A stretch of 64,000 bases of DNA, from contig OZ219747.1 in assembly GCA_964291265.2 (NCBI GenBank), positions 1,120,001-1,184,000 of the forward strand. Reading direction: 5' to 3'. Positions 62,380 through 64,000 of this stretch are shown here, piece by piece. The translations under genes were made by a program, and so were the position numbers. The notes under the pieces were generated by a model. That model ran no database searches. It had not been told where the DNA came from and saw only the letters and a program-made list of their open reading frames with translations. The first letter of the stretch is position 1, and each line of letters opens with the position of its first letter. This DNA is from Alphaproteobacteria bacterium (GTDB lineage Bacteria > Pseudomonadota > Alphaproteobacteria > SP197).

Positions 62380-63885
62380 TCAGCCGCCTCGAACGATCGT
62401 GTCCGCTGCCTGAGCGATGTCGTCCATGGCTTCTCGCGCCGAACCATAGTCGCCGGCGAAATACTTGCCGAGGCGGACCGGAATGGTGTCGTTCGACAGT
62501 TCCGCCCACGCCGGCAGATCCGGTTCGGACCCCATGTCGTTGGCAATGGTCTCGCGCACCACATCGAGGTGGCGTGTCGTTCCCGGACCGACGCGTCGAT
62601 TGGCAATGATGCGCGGATCGTCATAGACGCTGGCGCGTGTCGGGCCGGTGCCTCCACCGAGTGCCGTAATCAGAACCTGGGTATCGTAGGATGTCGCCCA
62701 CTGCATGAAGATCCATGCCGCGTCCGGGTTTTTCGAATTGCGCGATACCGCAAGCGACGAGCCGCCCTGGTGGCCGACACCCGGGATCTCGCCGAAGCCG
62801 GTCTGATCGACCGTGCGCAGTGGATGCTTGGGTTGCGGACAACGTACGGCCTCCATCAGCCCCGACACCTTGGTGGCGGAGGGGTCGTCGAAGTAGGGAA
62901 AGAACTCGCCCCAACTCATCATGGTGGCGGCAACCCCCTGGGCGATCGACTGCCCTTGACCATCCCAGGTCCAGCCGGTGACGCCCGGCGGCATGGTCTT
63001 CCACAGGCGCGTCCAGTATTCCATTGCCTCCAGGCCCCGGTCATCGTTGCCGGCGAAATGCTCATCGCTGTCGAAGATCGAGCCGCCATGGCCCCAGAGC
63101 CAGGCCGTCCAGTCACACTCCAGAGAATAGTGACCGGATTTCATCTGTCCGGTGGAGCCGTACATGTCCGGCCCCATCTCGTCGGTGATGGCCTTGGCCT
63201 GTTCGTAGTATCTCTCGAGCGTGGCCGGCGGTTCGAAGCCGAACTGATCGTAGATGTCCTTGCGGTACATGAAGATGAAGATCGGGATGTCGTACGGCAC
63301 GCCAACAAGACGATCCTCGAAACGCGCGATGCCGTCGACCAGCGCCGGCAGGAAATCGTCCATGTTGTAGTCGGGCATCGCAAGATCCGGCTTGTCCGCC
63401 ATCTGCTCTCGCGGGTCGAACACGTCTCGGGACGTGAACGCCGCCCAGGACTGGTCGATGTAGTAGAGATCGTAGGTGCCGAGCTGCGAGGCGATGTCGA
63501 GCGTGAGTTTCTGCAGCACCTGCTCGAGCGGCAGGACCTCGATCTCGACGGTCATCCCGGAGGCTTCCTCGAAGTAAGGCTTGAGCTGGCTGTTGATCGC
63601 GTTCGACGGCGGTGTCGACTCCGTCGCGAGCTTGAGCGTCGTGCCGCGAAACGGTGCGGAGACATCCCTGACCCAGGCGAGCACCTCATCCGACGGCTTC
63701 AGGTCGGCTGCCAACGCGTCGGGAAAGAACGAACCGCCGAAGGGGCGCCCCATCCCCAAGCCAAAGGCACCCAGAGCAAGACCGAGTTGCCCGGAACGAC
63801 GCATGAAGTCCCTTCTGCCGATCTCTCCTCTGACATAGGCATCGGTCAAACCTGCAACATACTGCTTGCGATCACTGTCGCGCAT
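62380..63885 (-). CDS. Carbohydrate-type ABC transporter substrate-binding protein (family 1, Tat signal)
   Basis: GRRDF twin-arginine, YRKDI, AWIFMQWAT; AGGAGG RBS. Confidence 0.88.
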   Translation of the reverse strand: MRDSDRKQYVAGLTDAYVRGEIGRRDFMRRSGQLGLALGAFGLGMGRPFGGSFFPDALAADLKPSDEVLAWVRDVSAPFRGTTLKLATESTPPSNAINSQLKPYFEEASGMTVEIEVLPLEQVLQKLTLDIASQLGTYDLYYIDQSWAAFTSRDVFDPREQMADKPDLAMPDYNMDDFLPALVDGIARFEDRLVGVPYDIPIFIFMYRKDIYDQFGFEPPATLERYYEQAKAITDEMGPDMYGSTGQMKSGHYSLECDWTAWLWGHGGSIFDSDEHFAGNDDRGLEAMEYWTRLWKTMPPGVTGWTWDGQGQSIAQGVAATMMSWGEFFPYFDDPSATKVSGLMEAVRCPQPKHPLRTVDQTGFGEIPGVGHQGGSSLAVSRNSKNPDAAWIFMQWATSYDTQVLITALGGGTGPTRASVYDDPRIIANRRVGPGTTRHLDVVRETIANDMGSEPDLPAWAELSNDTIPVRLGKYFAGDYGSAREAMDDIAQAADTIVRGG

Positions 63886-63927
63886 GTCATTTCCTCCTGA
63901 TGTTGACGATTGGCATTCCCGGCTGCC

Positions 63928-63999
63928 CTAATGCTTCAGCGAGCCGAGTGTCAGTCCGCGGACCAGCTGCTTCTGGACCAGCAGAATGAAGACAAAGGC
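63928..63999 (-). CDS. Carbohydrate ABC permease, C-terminal end (partial)
   Basis: ...FILLVQKQLVRGLTLGSLKH* is a typical MalG-type terminus. Confidence 0.75.
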   Translation of the reverse strand, partial: AFVFILLVQKQLVRGLTLGSLKH

Positions 64000-64000
64000 C

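Noticed and set aside
1-64000. CRISPR arrays, tRNA or rRNA genes
   Set aside because: No repeat-spacer periodicity or tRNA/rRNA signatures recognised by eye.

Overview
High-GC bacterial window, most consistent with an alphaproteobacterium (inference from gene content). From left to right: the 3' part of an OLD-family ATPase/TOPRIM gene and a DUF1045 pseudogene; an N-methylglutamate synthase/glutamate synthase-like operon with unusual fusions next to an Amt transporter; a TPP riboswitch with thiBPQ; a CBS-domain cystathionine beta-synthase; and a large glycosyltransferase/phosphatase/deacetylase/peptide-ABC cluster with a degenerate ABC exporter, a cNMP-binding protein and a methyltransferase. 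The MFS gene in that cluster is split by an IS66 (ISBst12-type, 8-bp TSD), whose transposase is in turn split by an antisense group II intron. Next come an amine/amino-acid modification operon (two AhpD-like genes, MttB family, PLP decarboxylase, 2OG-Fe(II) oxygenase) and a collapsed soxB/A/G pseudo-operon carrying a 5.3-kb IS21-family transposon (5-bp TSD). That transposon encodes a Zn-finger protein, IstA, IstB, a TOPRIM/primase-like protein and a small conserved ORF, and shows iteron-like repeats and a mirror-image strand composition skew. The window ends with a GntR/peptide-ABC operon, degraded mrr and higBA genes, and a sugar-type ABC operon. All calls come from motif recognition by eye; no database searches were run.
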